NCBI GenBank assembly: GCA_037379345.1
Contig: CM074517.1
Coordinates: forward strand, 23,436,001-23,500,000
From: Perna viridis
Lineage: Eukaryota
Length of the DNA: 64,000 nucleotides
Direction of reading: 5' to 3'
In this document: in pieces, positions 52,201 through 64,000 of the stretch
How positions within the stretch are numbered: position 1 is the stretch's first letter
How the letters are laid out: every line of letters starts with the position of its first letter
Position numbers and translations under genes: made by a program
Notes under the pieces: generated by a model
Told to the model about the DNA's origin: nothing
Database searches by the model: none
Seen by the model: only the letters and a program-made list of their open reading frames with translations

Positions 52201-55200
52201 TCATGAATTCAGAGATGATTATCCCTTATCAAATATCCCACAAACTTACCACAGGAAACTATAAAAATAAAATAAAATAAGCATATCTGATTAGTTTACA
52301 CCTGTAAGTAGTAGGAGAAAGAGCAAAACTCGTCATGAAATTGAAACTCGACAATACTAAAAATTAACAGAAGATGTCAGAAGTCTAGCTAGACAATAAA
52401 TATCGATAGTTTCATTTATGATATAACATTTAAGAAGACTTATGTACACTAGCAGAAAATATTACGCAAAACATGAAAAAAAGAAATATAAGATGTGTAA
52501 AAACTGTATTAACCGAATACATTTCAGGAATTTATAACTTATGAACTAAAAATATTATTACTAGTATAATATCATTGTTTGATTGAACTCCGAGTCTCTT
52601 CCTGCAACACGCAACACACCATAAACATATGCGTCTAAGCCATTCTTATACATTAACACTGCCATTTAAAAATATGTGTAAATGTAAAGTATATTAAGTT
52701 TGATAACTAACATTATCTACATATTAACAGAAATCTGATATATTTTTCATTCCGGCTTCTTATAATTTACAAAGATCGTATACTACCTTCCTGTCTTCAT
52801 AATTCCAAATCTTTATCATTACATTTGTTAAAATTTTGGTACAAATCTTCCATAACTTTTTTTGACATTCTTGTGACATTGTAGTAAGACGTGTATTTCA
52901 TTTTCTATATTATCTTTGCACAGTTGACATACTCTTTTCTTTACATGTATGTTTTGTGTCTGCCAACTTCAATTTCCAAACAGTGGCTTCTAATTCTGTA
53001 TTTACTCATAATATTTCTATATTTAAAATTTTCAAAATCTTAATAAGTTTCACACTGAAAATTGGTCTCAAACAGTCTAAATCTACGCAATTTGTTTTAT
53101 GTCTCATTTTTTTTCTAATATCATTAAAAAGTTTAATCTTTCCAATTTTTTTTTGCAAGTTCAAAATAAAATTTTCAAAATGTTGATTTTTTTTCCAAGA
53201 TCTGTGAGACAGATATTTAAAAAAATGTATAATGCTATAGGTACCAATTGTAGTAAGTTGAAGCAGAGCACCATCTGTGGGGAGTGTGGAGGGACTGGAT
53301 GTTGATATACATTTCTCTGGGGTTTGACTGACATTGGTACCACTGTCATACTGTTCAACAGTCTACAATAGAGAGATGATTGATCCAGTAGTCGTTGATT
53401 AAGCAAAATACAAAAAGTAAATGCAAAAAGAGTATTTACATATGATATACAATAGAGACATAAAAGGAATAACACATATTAGAAATATATTTTGTATAAA
53501 AGAAAAAGAACTTTCGGCATAAAGATCAGCTTAGTGGGTGTGCATTGATGACTACAGGAATATTTCAACACATGTGCCATGCGACACATACACTAACAAA
53601 CGCAAGGAGTCTTCTCTTGCCCTTGAACCATGCAGGGAAAACATTATGTTCCAGGGTTTAGAAATTAATGATTTTTTATCCAACTTTTGCAGTATATAAA
53701 GTAAAAAAAAATTCCAAACTTACAAAGCATGTGAACCTTTTCGTGGAAGCTCCATTTACGGATGTGTCGAAGTTATATATTCCTACGTAATACACAGAGC
53801 CATCCTGGATCGATACAATACAACCGAGGGATCCGGATGCTACAAGANNNNNNNNNNNNNNNNNNNNNNNNNNNNNNNNNNNNNNNNNNNNNNNNNNNNN
53901 NNNNNNNNNNNNNNNNNNNNNNNNNNNNNNNNNNNNNNNNNNNNNNNNNNNNNNNNNNNNNNNNNNNNNNNNNNNNNNNNNNNNNNNNNNNNNNNNNNNN
54001 NNNNNNNNNNNNNNTACAGAAGAATTTATTTTGCCTGAAAGCTATAAGATACAGAATATATCAAAGGGGCTGTAAATTCGCATCAAAAAACATATAGAAG
54101 ATAAATATAGTATGACAAAGCAACGTTTTTAGCATAATATAATAAACATATAGAGTAGAAAGTGCTTTACCAGAAAAACCAACAAACTGACTACCGCAAG
54201 CGGTATTGTTGAGTGTAATAGCTGATGTATTGGAACATCCATTCCAGTACGCTGAGCTACCACACTGTGTAGCAGCAGTTCCGAAGTTCATAGTGTAAGT
54301 AAAGTCTCCAAGTAGTGGAACTGGACATTCACTCAGACCTGATGTAGCTGTGGCTGTGCAAAAAGAGTTCAAATTTTTATTATAAGACTCCAGTTCTGAG
54401 AAAATTGAACATTAATTGGCAAGGAAAATCTCAATACATCGGCACTGCAGATGATTTTGCTGTAAATTATAGTAAAACATTCCTTCAGTTTCTGGATTCG
54501 AGTTTCATATTCTTGTGTTTTTTTTTTAGATTCCGTTTTTTTATGTTCAAATAAAATAAAAAAAAAAGGTAATACAATTTGAACAACCTTAAAATTGTTT
54601 CCGAGATATTACTTGTCCAATGCGATACTTACCAGAATCAACAAGCATATGGAATTCAGCCGTCGATGGCGAAGTATTACAAATTTCAGACTCGGTTGAT
54701 GAAAGTGATGCACCTATAGGAACCACATCTCCAAAGTTTAAGTTGTTGGTATCCGCTTTAAATTGATAAACAGTGAAATAGTAGAAAATAAGTTTGTGTA
54801 TATCATATCGACTACCTTTCACCAAAATACACGGAAATTTGTGATATAAACAGTGGAGTTTTACAGAGCTACGTAACCAGAGGTAAAATGGACATATTTT
54901 GAGTAAAACAAATCGGATGTGCTTTAACCTAAGTAGAGTCAATTATGTGTATTTAAGCATTGAAATATGCCTTTAAAACCATTCATAAAAAAGATTTAAA
55001 GTAAAAAGTTCACCTAGCAGGCTGATTACAGATATTTTTGGATGTTTTATTTTAAGTACAGAAATTATTCAATCACTGAAGTATAAGAAATATATAGATT
55101 TAATGTTTGAATTTTTTAACAATAATAGATTGAAAGGTTTAATAAAAAACGAAATATAAGATGCATGAAAGTGGATTAAGATAATAAAGCGTTAATTATA

Positions 55201-58200
55201 TTTTAAAATTTCTATTTAATGTTGATATTGGAAAAAAGGGGAAGTGGTCTCAAAATCATATTTTCGAAATGCATTAAAAAACAGACCACAATAAAAATTA
55301 ACCGCCTTTACATGGTTTACTTTTTTGATATAATAAATTTCATATTTATGAGAGAGTTCGAGACAGTCGTGTTTATGTAGTTTTAATTGAGACAATGAAC
55401 ACATCAATACTCACTTGATCGAAGATAGTAATAATATGATGACGCTGTTTTGTACTTCATTTCAAAGCATATCCATACATTTACATCAAACCCACCAAGA
55501 ATTCCCAGGGTAACTGTTTGAACACTTCTAAAAAACACATGAAAGAAAAATAATTAAATTTTTATAAAATGATTATAAATGGCTTTTCACAAAACTTTCT
55601 TAGTCTGTTATATGTAAAAAACAAATTAGTTAAATTGAAATTCAGCGTCAACTACACACTTGCACCATTTGTGAACGAATAAATTTTTTCATTCATTTTT
55701 CTCATTTCTGTAGCAGTTATGTTCGAAGATAGAGTAAAAATAACTAAATGTCTGATTGAATCATATATCGATTTAAATTTCGAAAATTGGTTTGAGTCTA
55801 CACTTTAAATCTGCATTGTTGTTGCTAGATTATTATGGTATTTTACTTATTTGCAATATCACTGGTGCCGCCGGAGGAGCACGACATGCTTATCCTCCCA
55901 GAGCACCTGATTTCACTTCCGGTTCACGTAGGAGTTCATTTTGCTAATGCTTTAGTTTTTCTGGTGTGACGTCTTGTTTCCCTTATCTTAAGTTTCATGT
56001 GTATTATTTTATTTGGTTCGCTACATTGTATATGTAGATCGTCTTTCTTTCATCTGTTCACATTTAGGTCATGCTTTTAATTTTGATGTATTTGAATCAT
56101 TCCACTGCTTACGATTCGGTATTTTTTGTTTGTTTGTTTTTTTGCTGATACCAAAGTGATTGTATTTTCCTTTACCTGGACTTGTTCTTATGCACATAAA
56201 AAGAGGGATATCACGTACACATTATTGATACATATAATATATTATACCTATACCTACTTAGATACATAGATATCTCCGTTGTTTATTTCACAAGTAAAAT
56301 TTGTATTGGAGATTCCTGAAAGGAATGACTTTGTTCTCATATTCATCCAAGAATTACCGAACTCAATGTCATCATACACACTGTCTGACCATACACCTCT
56401 AATGGAACTTGGGTAAGTACACAGACTACCTAATAAGTTAAAAATAAAGAATTTTACTTACTGATTCGATGCATTAAACGTTCTTGTCTACTTTGTAGAA
56501 ATTGTAAGTAGGAAAAACGTTTGTAGTGATCATGGCTTAACCCGGTAAATATATGGCCAAAGAAATTCTGTGAAAAGTTTCTATATACAGAATATTAAGC
56601 AAATGGTTTTTGATACTGGCTTTATCACGGGTATTTCAGGCCGAGCCCGTCAGGGCGAGTCTGAGATGTCCATGAGAAAGCTATTATCAAAAACAAATTG
56701 CCTAGTATTCTGTTTATCAGTAATTTATGGGTAATATTTTATTTTCGTTTTTTGTATGTTAAAAAATACAAATATCAAAATTTTGACATTGTAAAAGAAT
56801 ATTTTAAAATGACCTATTTTGTCGGAATGAGTCAACGTAATACACCCTTAAAACGGCCGTCCGGTTTTGTATCAGGGTCAGTACGCTGTGACATGCATTA
56901 TCGATCTGTGTTCACCAAAGGAAAATATCACAAATTACCGATAAAATGTCATATATATCATGTGCAGTTTCTACTCTACCCTTGGCTGTTTTTTGTCCCC
57001 TTTCGGCAAATGCCGAAGGGGACTTAGGTTTGCACTCCGTCCGTCAGTCAGTCTGTCAGTCCGTCAGTCACACTTGGTTTTCCGGACTTTTTTTGTAATG
57101 CCTCATCCAATTGATTTCATATTTGTTATATAGTTTTATCATGACAAGTTACAAGTTAAGTTCGAATGACATTATGGTTGAACGATTTTTGCAGAAGTTA
57201 TGGCCCTTGGACATAGAAAGTTTCATAAAATTTTATGTTTTCCGGACTTTTTTTGTAATGCCTCATCCAATTGATTTCATACTTGGGATATAGTCTTATC
57301 ATGACAAGTACAAGTTAAGTTCGAATGATATTACGGTTGAATGATTTTTACAGAAGTTATGTCCCTTGGACATAGAAAATTTCATAAAATTTTATGTTTT
57401 CCAGACTTTTCTTTGTAATGCCTCATCCAATTGATTTCATATGTGTTAGCTAGTCTTATCATGACAAGTTACAAATTAAATTTAAATATTATTGCGGCAA
57501 AATGGTTTATATGGAACTTATGGCCCTTTGACATAGAAAATTACATAAAATTTTATGTTTCATCATTTTGATGCAAATTGCTGCTGTCATTCTAGAGTTA
57601 TTTGCCCTTTAATTCACAATAACGAGATTTTTTTTCAACTTTCCAGGTGATAGAAAGAGAATGTCTATATGCAGCTTTCTGTAATGCAAAAATGTTATTA
57701 TCTAATGTAAAATGAAGCTCAGGTTTGATTTTGATGGAATTTCTTTTGCTGTTCAACAGTTATTTTCTCTTGATTGTTAAAAAATAACACCATCCATCGT
57801 TAGTTCACATATATAAAAAAAAATCTCATAAAGGCAATGAGTTCAAAGCCAAAAAGGGGACACTGTATTGCATCAGCAATACTGTTAGAATGCTTGTTAC
57901 AGTTTAGTGGGACTGTCGTCTGATCTGACAATTTTCCCGTTTTAACTGTCTTCTTTAATGAATAAAAAAAATTGAAAAACGCTGATATGTAATTAATTTG
58001 GATGATATTTATGTTACATATAGATATAAAAAAAGATAGTATAATTTGAATTGAACGAAATATAATAAGTTAAACTTTAATATAACGAAAACAATGTCAT
58101 CAAAATAATGTTAATACACGCAACGAAAACAAGGCCTAAATCAAATAAAGTAGTATATAGGTATGGATGTCTATATGGTTTCAAATTATCATATGCTACT

Positions 58201-58267
58201 TTCCATTTATCAATTTCTTACCGACTCTCTGTAGTATAAACATAACTACACAAATGACAAGCAGCAT
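49298..58267 (-). CDS. Uncharacterised type I membrane protein with a Cys-containing, probably beta-rich ectodomain and long cytoplasmic tail, about 610 aa
   Basis: Exons 58222-58267 (signal MLLVICVVMFILQRVG), 56258-56429 (CTYPSSIRGVWSDS), 55415-55527, 54633-54755, 54171-54353 (CPVPLLGDFTYT), 53724-53839 (GCIVS..KRFTCF), 53245-53362, 52250-52258 (microexon), 50688-50834 (TM IAAILAIVFSIMLIIFLAIVIGICLY + RRHIKK), 49298-50103. All phases are compatible; total 1833 nt. Confidence 0.82.
50341..50517. mobile_element. Degenerate MITE of the CAGTGAAA..TGTCTAAAC family
   Basis: CATGAAACTTGTCTTAACCGAA ... TTAGACAGGGTTCATTG|TA. Confidence 0.55.
51110..52161 (+). mobile_element. 5'-truncated, decayed CR1/L2-group LINE (RT C-terminal region, 3' UTR and tail)
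   Basis: Broken frame with MEANPDKFQAI, LLGITFD, HICNVCKKASQQ, NFNYCPLV, KKLEKIQERA; ends in AATAAA followed by (TTGAC)n. Confidence 0.9.
53848..54014. other. Assembly gap (167 N) inside an intron of the membrane-protein gene
   Basis: Run of N; the exons on either side are phase-compatible. Confidence 0.99.
55863..56000 (+). repeat. Dispersed repeat of a type I recall from mussel genomes (GCTTAxCCTxCCxGAGCACCTGA family)
   Basis: TGCTTATCCTCCCAGAGCACCTGATTTCAC..GCTTTAGTTTTTCT; a diverged reverse copy may lie near 58820-58930. Recognised from memory, not searched. Confidence 0.55.
56598..56702. repeat. Long imperfect palindrome (element-derived hairpin)
   Basis: GCAAATGGTTTTTGATA..GCTTT..GCCC-GTCA-GGGC..AAAGC..TATCAAAAACAAATTGC. 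Confidence 0.7.
56989..57898 (+). mobile_element. HINE/Helentron-type non-autonomous element with an internal 160-bp tandem array
   Basis: 5' hairpin GTCCCCTT-TCGGC-AAAT-GCCGA-AGGGGAC; (GTCH)n microsatellite; three units of about 160 bp starting at 57081, 57241 and 57400; 3' subterminal inverted copy AAAGGGGACA; 3' palindrome GTATTGC-ATCA-GCAATAC; T-rich insertion context. Confidence 0.88.
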
Positions 58268-60193
58268 TATGATAGCCTATCTTATCCATTATCCAAGATA
58301 CGTATCCAAAGTGTAGAGTGGAGTGACATATTTAAACATTTTTCAAGTTACTGAATGAAAATTAAAAATCAGCCATGGTTTTTGTCATTAATTGTAACTT
58401 AAAATATGTATCAAATTTCAACTATGTTAATTGAAAACAAAAAGTATGATATTTAAATTGAGATAACCAACAAAGCATAATTATTCTTTTGTTTGTGTAT
58501 ATTGTCTTTTATGTTGATAGTAACAACCCAAAGGAAAGAAAATCGGGTCTTAAATTCCTTCTTTAAATGTATGCATTGCTGTGCATTTACACATATCAAT
58601 ATATGATTCTATTGAGTAAATATCGGCAAAATACCGAAGTATCATTATAGTATCATTAACGAATGACCATCAGAGGCATTGAAACCTGAATATTTTATCA
58701 AAAAGGTGAAAACAGGAAACAGAGACGGTATACATACATGTACACCTGTATATATTGTAACATATACAGCACATATAGTAAAGATAAAGATAAAGTACTT
58801 GCACTTTGAACTCTCATGCACACAAAACAAAACAAAGAAAGAACAAAAAGCAAGAAAACAAACAAACACATACAAACCTCCTCCTACAGAAAAACGGTGA
58901 CCTCAGGTCCTCTAGAAGAATACACATTCAGGGGAATTGTCCACAGGTCAATAGCTCTTACATTTTCAAAACTGATGAGAAAAAACAATAGGTAAATGCA
59001 GGAGGAAGCTGAAGTAACGATTTGAATTTAAATCAAAACTTATTTCTATAAGACTTATAATCTGAAACAGCTTTAGTGCACTTTTTAATTGTAAGAACCC
59101 AAAGGTATGCATTCAAATAACAAAACATAAATAGGACTAGGCTATCTACACACAAACTACTTGGACATGGACAATTTGCTCCTTGATTAATGAAGACATT
59201 AAACATCAGTATGACAAACGACTTCCAACTGTTTTTGAGTCTATTCCAGACTTGACTTTCAACTACTATTATAGTGGAGGTCTTGCAGGCAATAAAAAAA
59301 ATGCCTATCTTTCCGGAACGTCTCCGGTTTTAAGAAACTTAACTAATAAAAAATATAAAAAATAACCACAAAAAATAAATAAAAAATTTACACATAAACA
59401 AATTAAGAATCTACATAAAAACAAATAAAAACGAAAATGAACATTACTTGAAATAAAAAAAAAACGTTTACAAAAAAAAACAAACAAAAAACAAAAAACA
59501 ATAATAATAATAATAAAAAAAATAATAATAATATTAAATGTAGCTCTAACCGCCAAATTTAAATCGAATTCATTTCTACATTAAAACAGACACCTCATTG
59601 TTTAAGATTTCATGTTAGTGATAAGATGTAGTAAATGTTCAAAATCAAAAATTTATATACTTACGTCGTCTAAAACGTGCAAATAATAGAATGATATAGA
59701 ATACAACATCTATAACATGTACAACCTTACATAATTAATAGAAAATGTCCACATAAAATATATTAAGATATACGAATCTGAACTCAATCTGTAAAAAGAT
59801 CCAGATAGGTGATACTCAATATTAGATGTCATTCAATAAAAGAAAAATAAAATTAAAAAGTTTGATACAGGGATAAACTTATTATTTCTATATTTTTCAT
59901 TGAGTTTTATCTGTGTTAAGAAGAAGGTACCAAAAAAAATTATAATAAATGAATAAATAGATATATACCAATCCTTGTTATACGTGTAAGCAATTTTAGT
60001 ATTGAAAAGATTTGTTTTTGCATACGGGCATCTTACTAATTAAATCACAAACGTTAGGTGAATATGATCAGTGGTGAATCCAGAGATTTTGAAAAATGGG
60101 GTTCCAGTTTGGTTCCAAAGGAGGGAGTCAAGGCTGTTATTTGTTCATTTTTGCAAAAATCTTCTGCAAAAATAAAAAAAAATTACGACAAAA

Positions 60194-60215
60194 GTGTGTG
60201 TGTGTGTGTGTGTGT
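60194..60215. repeat. (GT)n microsatellite
   Basis: Direct reading. Confidence 0.9.
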
Positions 60216-60900
60216 TTGTAGGAGGGGGTATGATTAACCGTATGTTAGGTTTGGTTAAGTTTAAGTTTTAATTAATAAATAGTAAATCATGCTCAGAACA
60301 AATACACGAATTTTGACACATACTTTATAATCTACTGGAGACAATTTGAATGTTAGTCTTAGAAGTGTTAGATGATGCAGATGTTCCAATAGAATTATAG
60401 GGTAGAACTGAGTTATCTCCTTGATCATGAAATTTCAATACATTTTGTATAATTTATACCTCGAAAAATTGACACTTACGTAAAAAAAAAAAAGAAACGA
60501 ATACCATTTCTGCATTTCAGATAACATTTTGAACAAGATTTCATGGAAAGAATCGTATAGTTTATTTTGTTCCATCAATGTTCAACCACTGTCTGATTCT
60601 TACAGAGAACAGAACGTCAATGGATAATGATGATTAAAAAATATGCTTAAATCTATCATTTCTGAAAAATACATAGACCTTTAGACGAAAGTTAAATAAT
60701 TGCCAAGAGTATCGAAGCCTAGGTATGGTTAACGGGAAGATTTTAAGTTTTGAATATTGAAACCTACAAATCTATCAAGTTTCAAATGTTAGAGTGAATA
60801 TAAAAGAAATGATTTTAAACAAAAGAACTCAATGAAGCAAACTTGTTTTAACGGTTGGTGGTTACAGTTAAATGAATAAGGACGTGTTGATTATCAAAAA

Positions 60901-60903
<3 letters not shown>

Positions 60904-60933
<30 letters not shown>
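60904..60933. repeat. (AT)n microsatellite
   Basis: Direct reading. Confidence 0.9.
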
Positions 60934-60935
<2 letters not shown>

Positions 60936-61811
60936 CATTTGCATACAATGTGCATTTATGATGTAAATGCCCAAATAAATGAATAAAAAAAAAACGCATT
61001 TAAATGAAGGAAATGAAAATTAAAATGATCATTAAGTTGACAATCGAAACGACGTCAACCATAGAAAGCTATTATTTGCATTTCCACGAAATTTATAATA
61101 GTTTTAGTATGTTCTTATGCTTAGGTGAATTCGACTACATATTCTTATGTCGGCTTCCCTTTTGCACTAGTGAGCAAATATCTTTCTTCAAAGTAAGAAT
61201 ACTGCACTTTTTATATCTATATAAATCATTTATTTAAATAAAGTAATACCTTTTTTGTATATTCATTGTAAGTAATTGTTTAAACCCTATATCATTTACC
61301 CTATTTTGCACACCTTATTTCACACTTCCAGACCTATATAGTAATCCTATGTATCACACACTTAGATCTATATCACATACCCTATTATCTCTACAATTAT
61401 TTCATTCTATTTTATATCGTCAATTAAAATAACGAAAATAAAGAAACATAATATTATCCCGAAAGTGTTATTGGCAGAAAATTGCATTAACACCAGAGTT
61501 ATGTTCTAAAGGTTTTTCAAAATTTACTGACGAACAAGAAGTAATGATTTCTTACATATGAATAATGCAATATGTTACACTATTTTGTAAAAATAACACA
61601 ATTTAATTGGTTAATTTTCTGACAAAATCTTTTGATCGCGTGATACTTTTTTAAAAAAAATCATCATTGCAACATGACACAAATTATCCCCGTCAATAGC
61701 TTAAACGAAAGCCTTAGGATTCGTCTCAAAATGGCTACTTCTTTATTGAGACAATGAACATTTTGATATTAATATAATATTCCATATTTGAATGCTTAAT
61801 ATTTAATTATT

Positions 61812-63715
61812 ATGGATATTAAAATTGGATTTATTGTATGCATTTTAGCAATTTCACATAGAGGTAAGTATGTTATCTTATGTTGACTATTCAACAAAAC
61901 AAGATAAAAAAGGAAACCTATTAGTTAGCGTTTATTTTATCATACTGCATATGATATTGATATCAAATGACAATATTTATAAAAGCAATATGAAATTCAA
62001 ATTTATATCTACATGTAACATCAAATAGTATTTTTTGAGTGATTTCAGAAAAAAATATCAAAAAGGGTTCTTAATAGAGATAAAAACATCTAAAATTAAA
62101 GATCGTATTTCACCAGTCGTATATATTTTTAAGACATTGTATCAAAACTGAAGTAGTAAAATAAACGATCGGAGTAGAGTTATGAGATAATGATCACAAA
62201 TGTACTTTCTTTCAGTAAATTATGATTGTACATTCGACGATGGATTTATTGGAACATGGTTCAGTAGTTAATATAAGACTATAACAGTAACCAAATCCTA
62301 TCTGACACTAGGTTCCCATAACTTTTACATAAATGAGGATAAAATTGTTATGTATTAGTAAAACTTCTTTCGTTTGGATAATGTTAATGCCGTTAGGATA
62401 ATTTATATCTTAAAAAAAAGTTCAGGTACAGAAAATCCTGAAAATGGTATCATCAATTAAAACATCAACTAAAACACCAGCTATCAATTAAGCACGACCT
62501 ATGTAAAGATAATAAACAAAGTATGTATATTTTCTTAATGACATGTACAAATGTGTTCCAAAATGCATGTATCTAAATGAAAAAAAAAAACCTTAAAAAA
62601 ATAGTTTTACTTTTCTTTCAGATCCGAATTTTTTTTATTAGGAATTGAAGCAGTTGCATTTATTTGTATTGGAGCTACACAAGTCAACAAAAATAGTATT
62701 TATTTCTACATGAATTCCCATAAGTATAAAATAAATTAAGTGTTGAAATAAAACTTGTTTAATGTTCAAATACATTGGTGTTTTAAAATAAATTAGAAAT
62801 TCAATCATTTATTTTTATTTCAGACAGGAATGTAATCGTCGGTTCTGAGAGAATTTCAATATTTTCAACGGCTCATATTCCATCTAGAAATGCAACAGAA
62901 ATATGTACGTAGACACCGTCACAGGCTGAATATATCAGTATGGTCAGGCAAGGTTATTTACCCATAACTTTAAAACAATATGTATTACTTAGTACATTAA
63001 CTACAGTTAACGATGGTATCCCTTGGATTTCAGTTAACAATGGTATCTTTTGGATTTTAGTCCACGATATCCCTTGGAATTCAGTAAACGATGGTATCCT
63101 TTGGAATTCAGTAAACGATGGTATCCTCTGGAATTCAGTTAACGATGGTATCCCTTTGGAATTCAGTTAACGATGGTATCCCTTTGATTTTGTTTTAATC
63201 TTCCAACGAATATCCTGCATTATGTACTGGTAAAGCCGGAACAGACACAAAAAAAAACCTTATATATATTATGATCTCCTGTTGTCGATCTGAATTTGAA
63301 ATGGATTTAATTTGTCTTTTTTTATTTCTTGCTTTAAAACAAAAAAAAAAAACCGTATCTTAATACTTATATGGACTGGTGTTCAAAAACATAGGTACAT
63401 TTGAATACATAATATTAGAGATAAAATCACATTTACACACCCGAACACACAATACAGCAGTTAAGTCACAGTATATATTTTGTACAATATGTTAATTCAT
63501 TTGTACGATAGTAGCAATCATTTTTATTTATCGTTTTGTGGGTTCAGGAGCAGATGCCGTTCCGGACTGTCCCACAACACTTCACAGAACATTTACGTAT
63601 ATCGTTAATACAGGCGGTTCAGACAAGTGTTCGGCAACGAATGGCGTTGCCTCTTTTTTTAGACAGCAATTGAGCATCGATTATGACATTTGTAGTAATA
63701 CATTTATGTATTTCG
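61812..63715 (+). pseudogene. Unprocessed pseudogene paralogous to the 49298-58267 membrane-protein gene (may continue past the window end)
   Basis: Exons 61812-61863 (signal MDIKIGFIVCILAISHR), 62216-~62351 (CTFDDGFIGTWFSS*, TAA at 62269), 62622-62719 (donor reads ATAAGT), 62824-62952 (EICT*TPSQAEY, TAG at 62910), 63542-~63715 (acceptor reads TGG; CPTTLHRTFTY). Exon order and Cys/Trp pattern mirror the minus-strand gene. Confidence 0.8.
63003..63187 (+). repeat. 27-28-bp minisatellite (CAGTTAACGATGGTATCCCTTGGAATT), about 7 copies
   Basis: Direct reading; intronic in the pseudogene. Confidence 0.92.
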
Positions 63716-64000
63716 GCAAGAGGGCAATCTTTTTTATTTCCGAAACAAATTTGTTTTAAGTAGTAAGTATCTGTTGAAGACACTATACTGACTGTTTTTA
63801 TGCGATTCAGAAAACAAATATAAAAAAAACACAAAGTATAAAAAAAGAAAACAAAAACAAAAAAACAAAAACAAAAACAAACAAAAGAAAAAAAATAATA
63901 AAACACAAAACTGAACCAACGCAAATCAGAACAAAACGGAAAAAAGCGGAAATGTTTCTTTATGGTGTACATAGGCAAATGTGCCACACATGAGAACCGC

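Noticed and set aside
53762-54097. 111-aa plus-strand ORF
   Set aside because: Artefact of translating through the N gap; the real exon is on the minus strand.
59665-59720. Minus-strand exon-like segment with a GTAAGT donor upstream of the membrane-protein gene
   Set aside because: No ATG-initiated frame in the required phase; could be a UTR exon but is unsupported.
59305-63987. Phe/Cys-rich minus-strand ORFs (59305, 63619, 63734)
   Set aside because: Translations of A-rich low-complexity tracts.

Overview
AT-rich animal genomic DNA with intron-rich genes. The repeat repertoire (HINE/Helentron-type elements, TA-flanked MITEs, a CR1/L2-type LINE remnant) suggests a bivalve mollusc; this is an inference. 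I assembled exon chains by hand from GT-AG sites and phase continuity. Five genes: (1) the 3' half of an FN3 single-pass receptor (+, stop at 8132) with a cytoplasmic NPxY and a C-terminal PDZ-type motif; (2) a secreted animal heme peroxidase (+, 13146-22471, 12 coding exons, about 585 aa); (3) TNNI3K (-, 43672-26271, 21 coding exons, about 851 aa); (4) an uncharacterised Cys-containing type I membrane protein (-, 58267-49298, 10 exons including a 9-nt microexon candidate, about 610 aa); (5) a head-to-head pseudogenised paralogue of gene 4 (+, from 61812). The most striking structure is a 27-copy tandem array (18854-20341) made of the last 48 nt of a peroxidase coding exon plus its splice donor, giving a ladder of AG|GT sites. 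Also notable is a TSD-flanked retro-element whose 5' end can fold into a pseudoknot. Many MITEs, palindromic elements and minisatellites are present, plus one 167-nt assembly gap.
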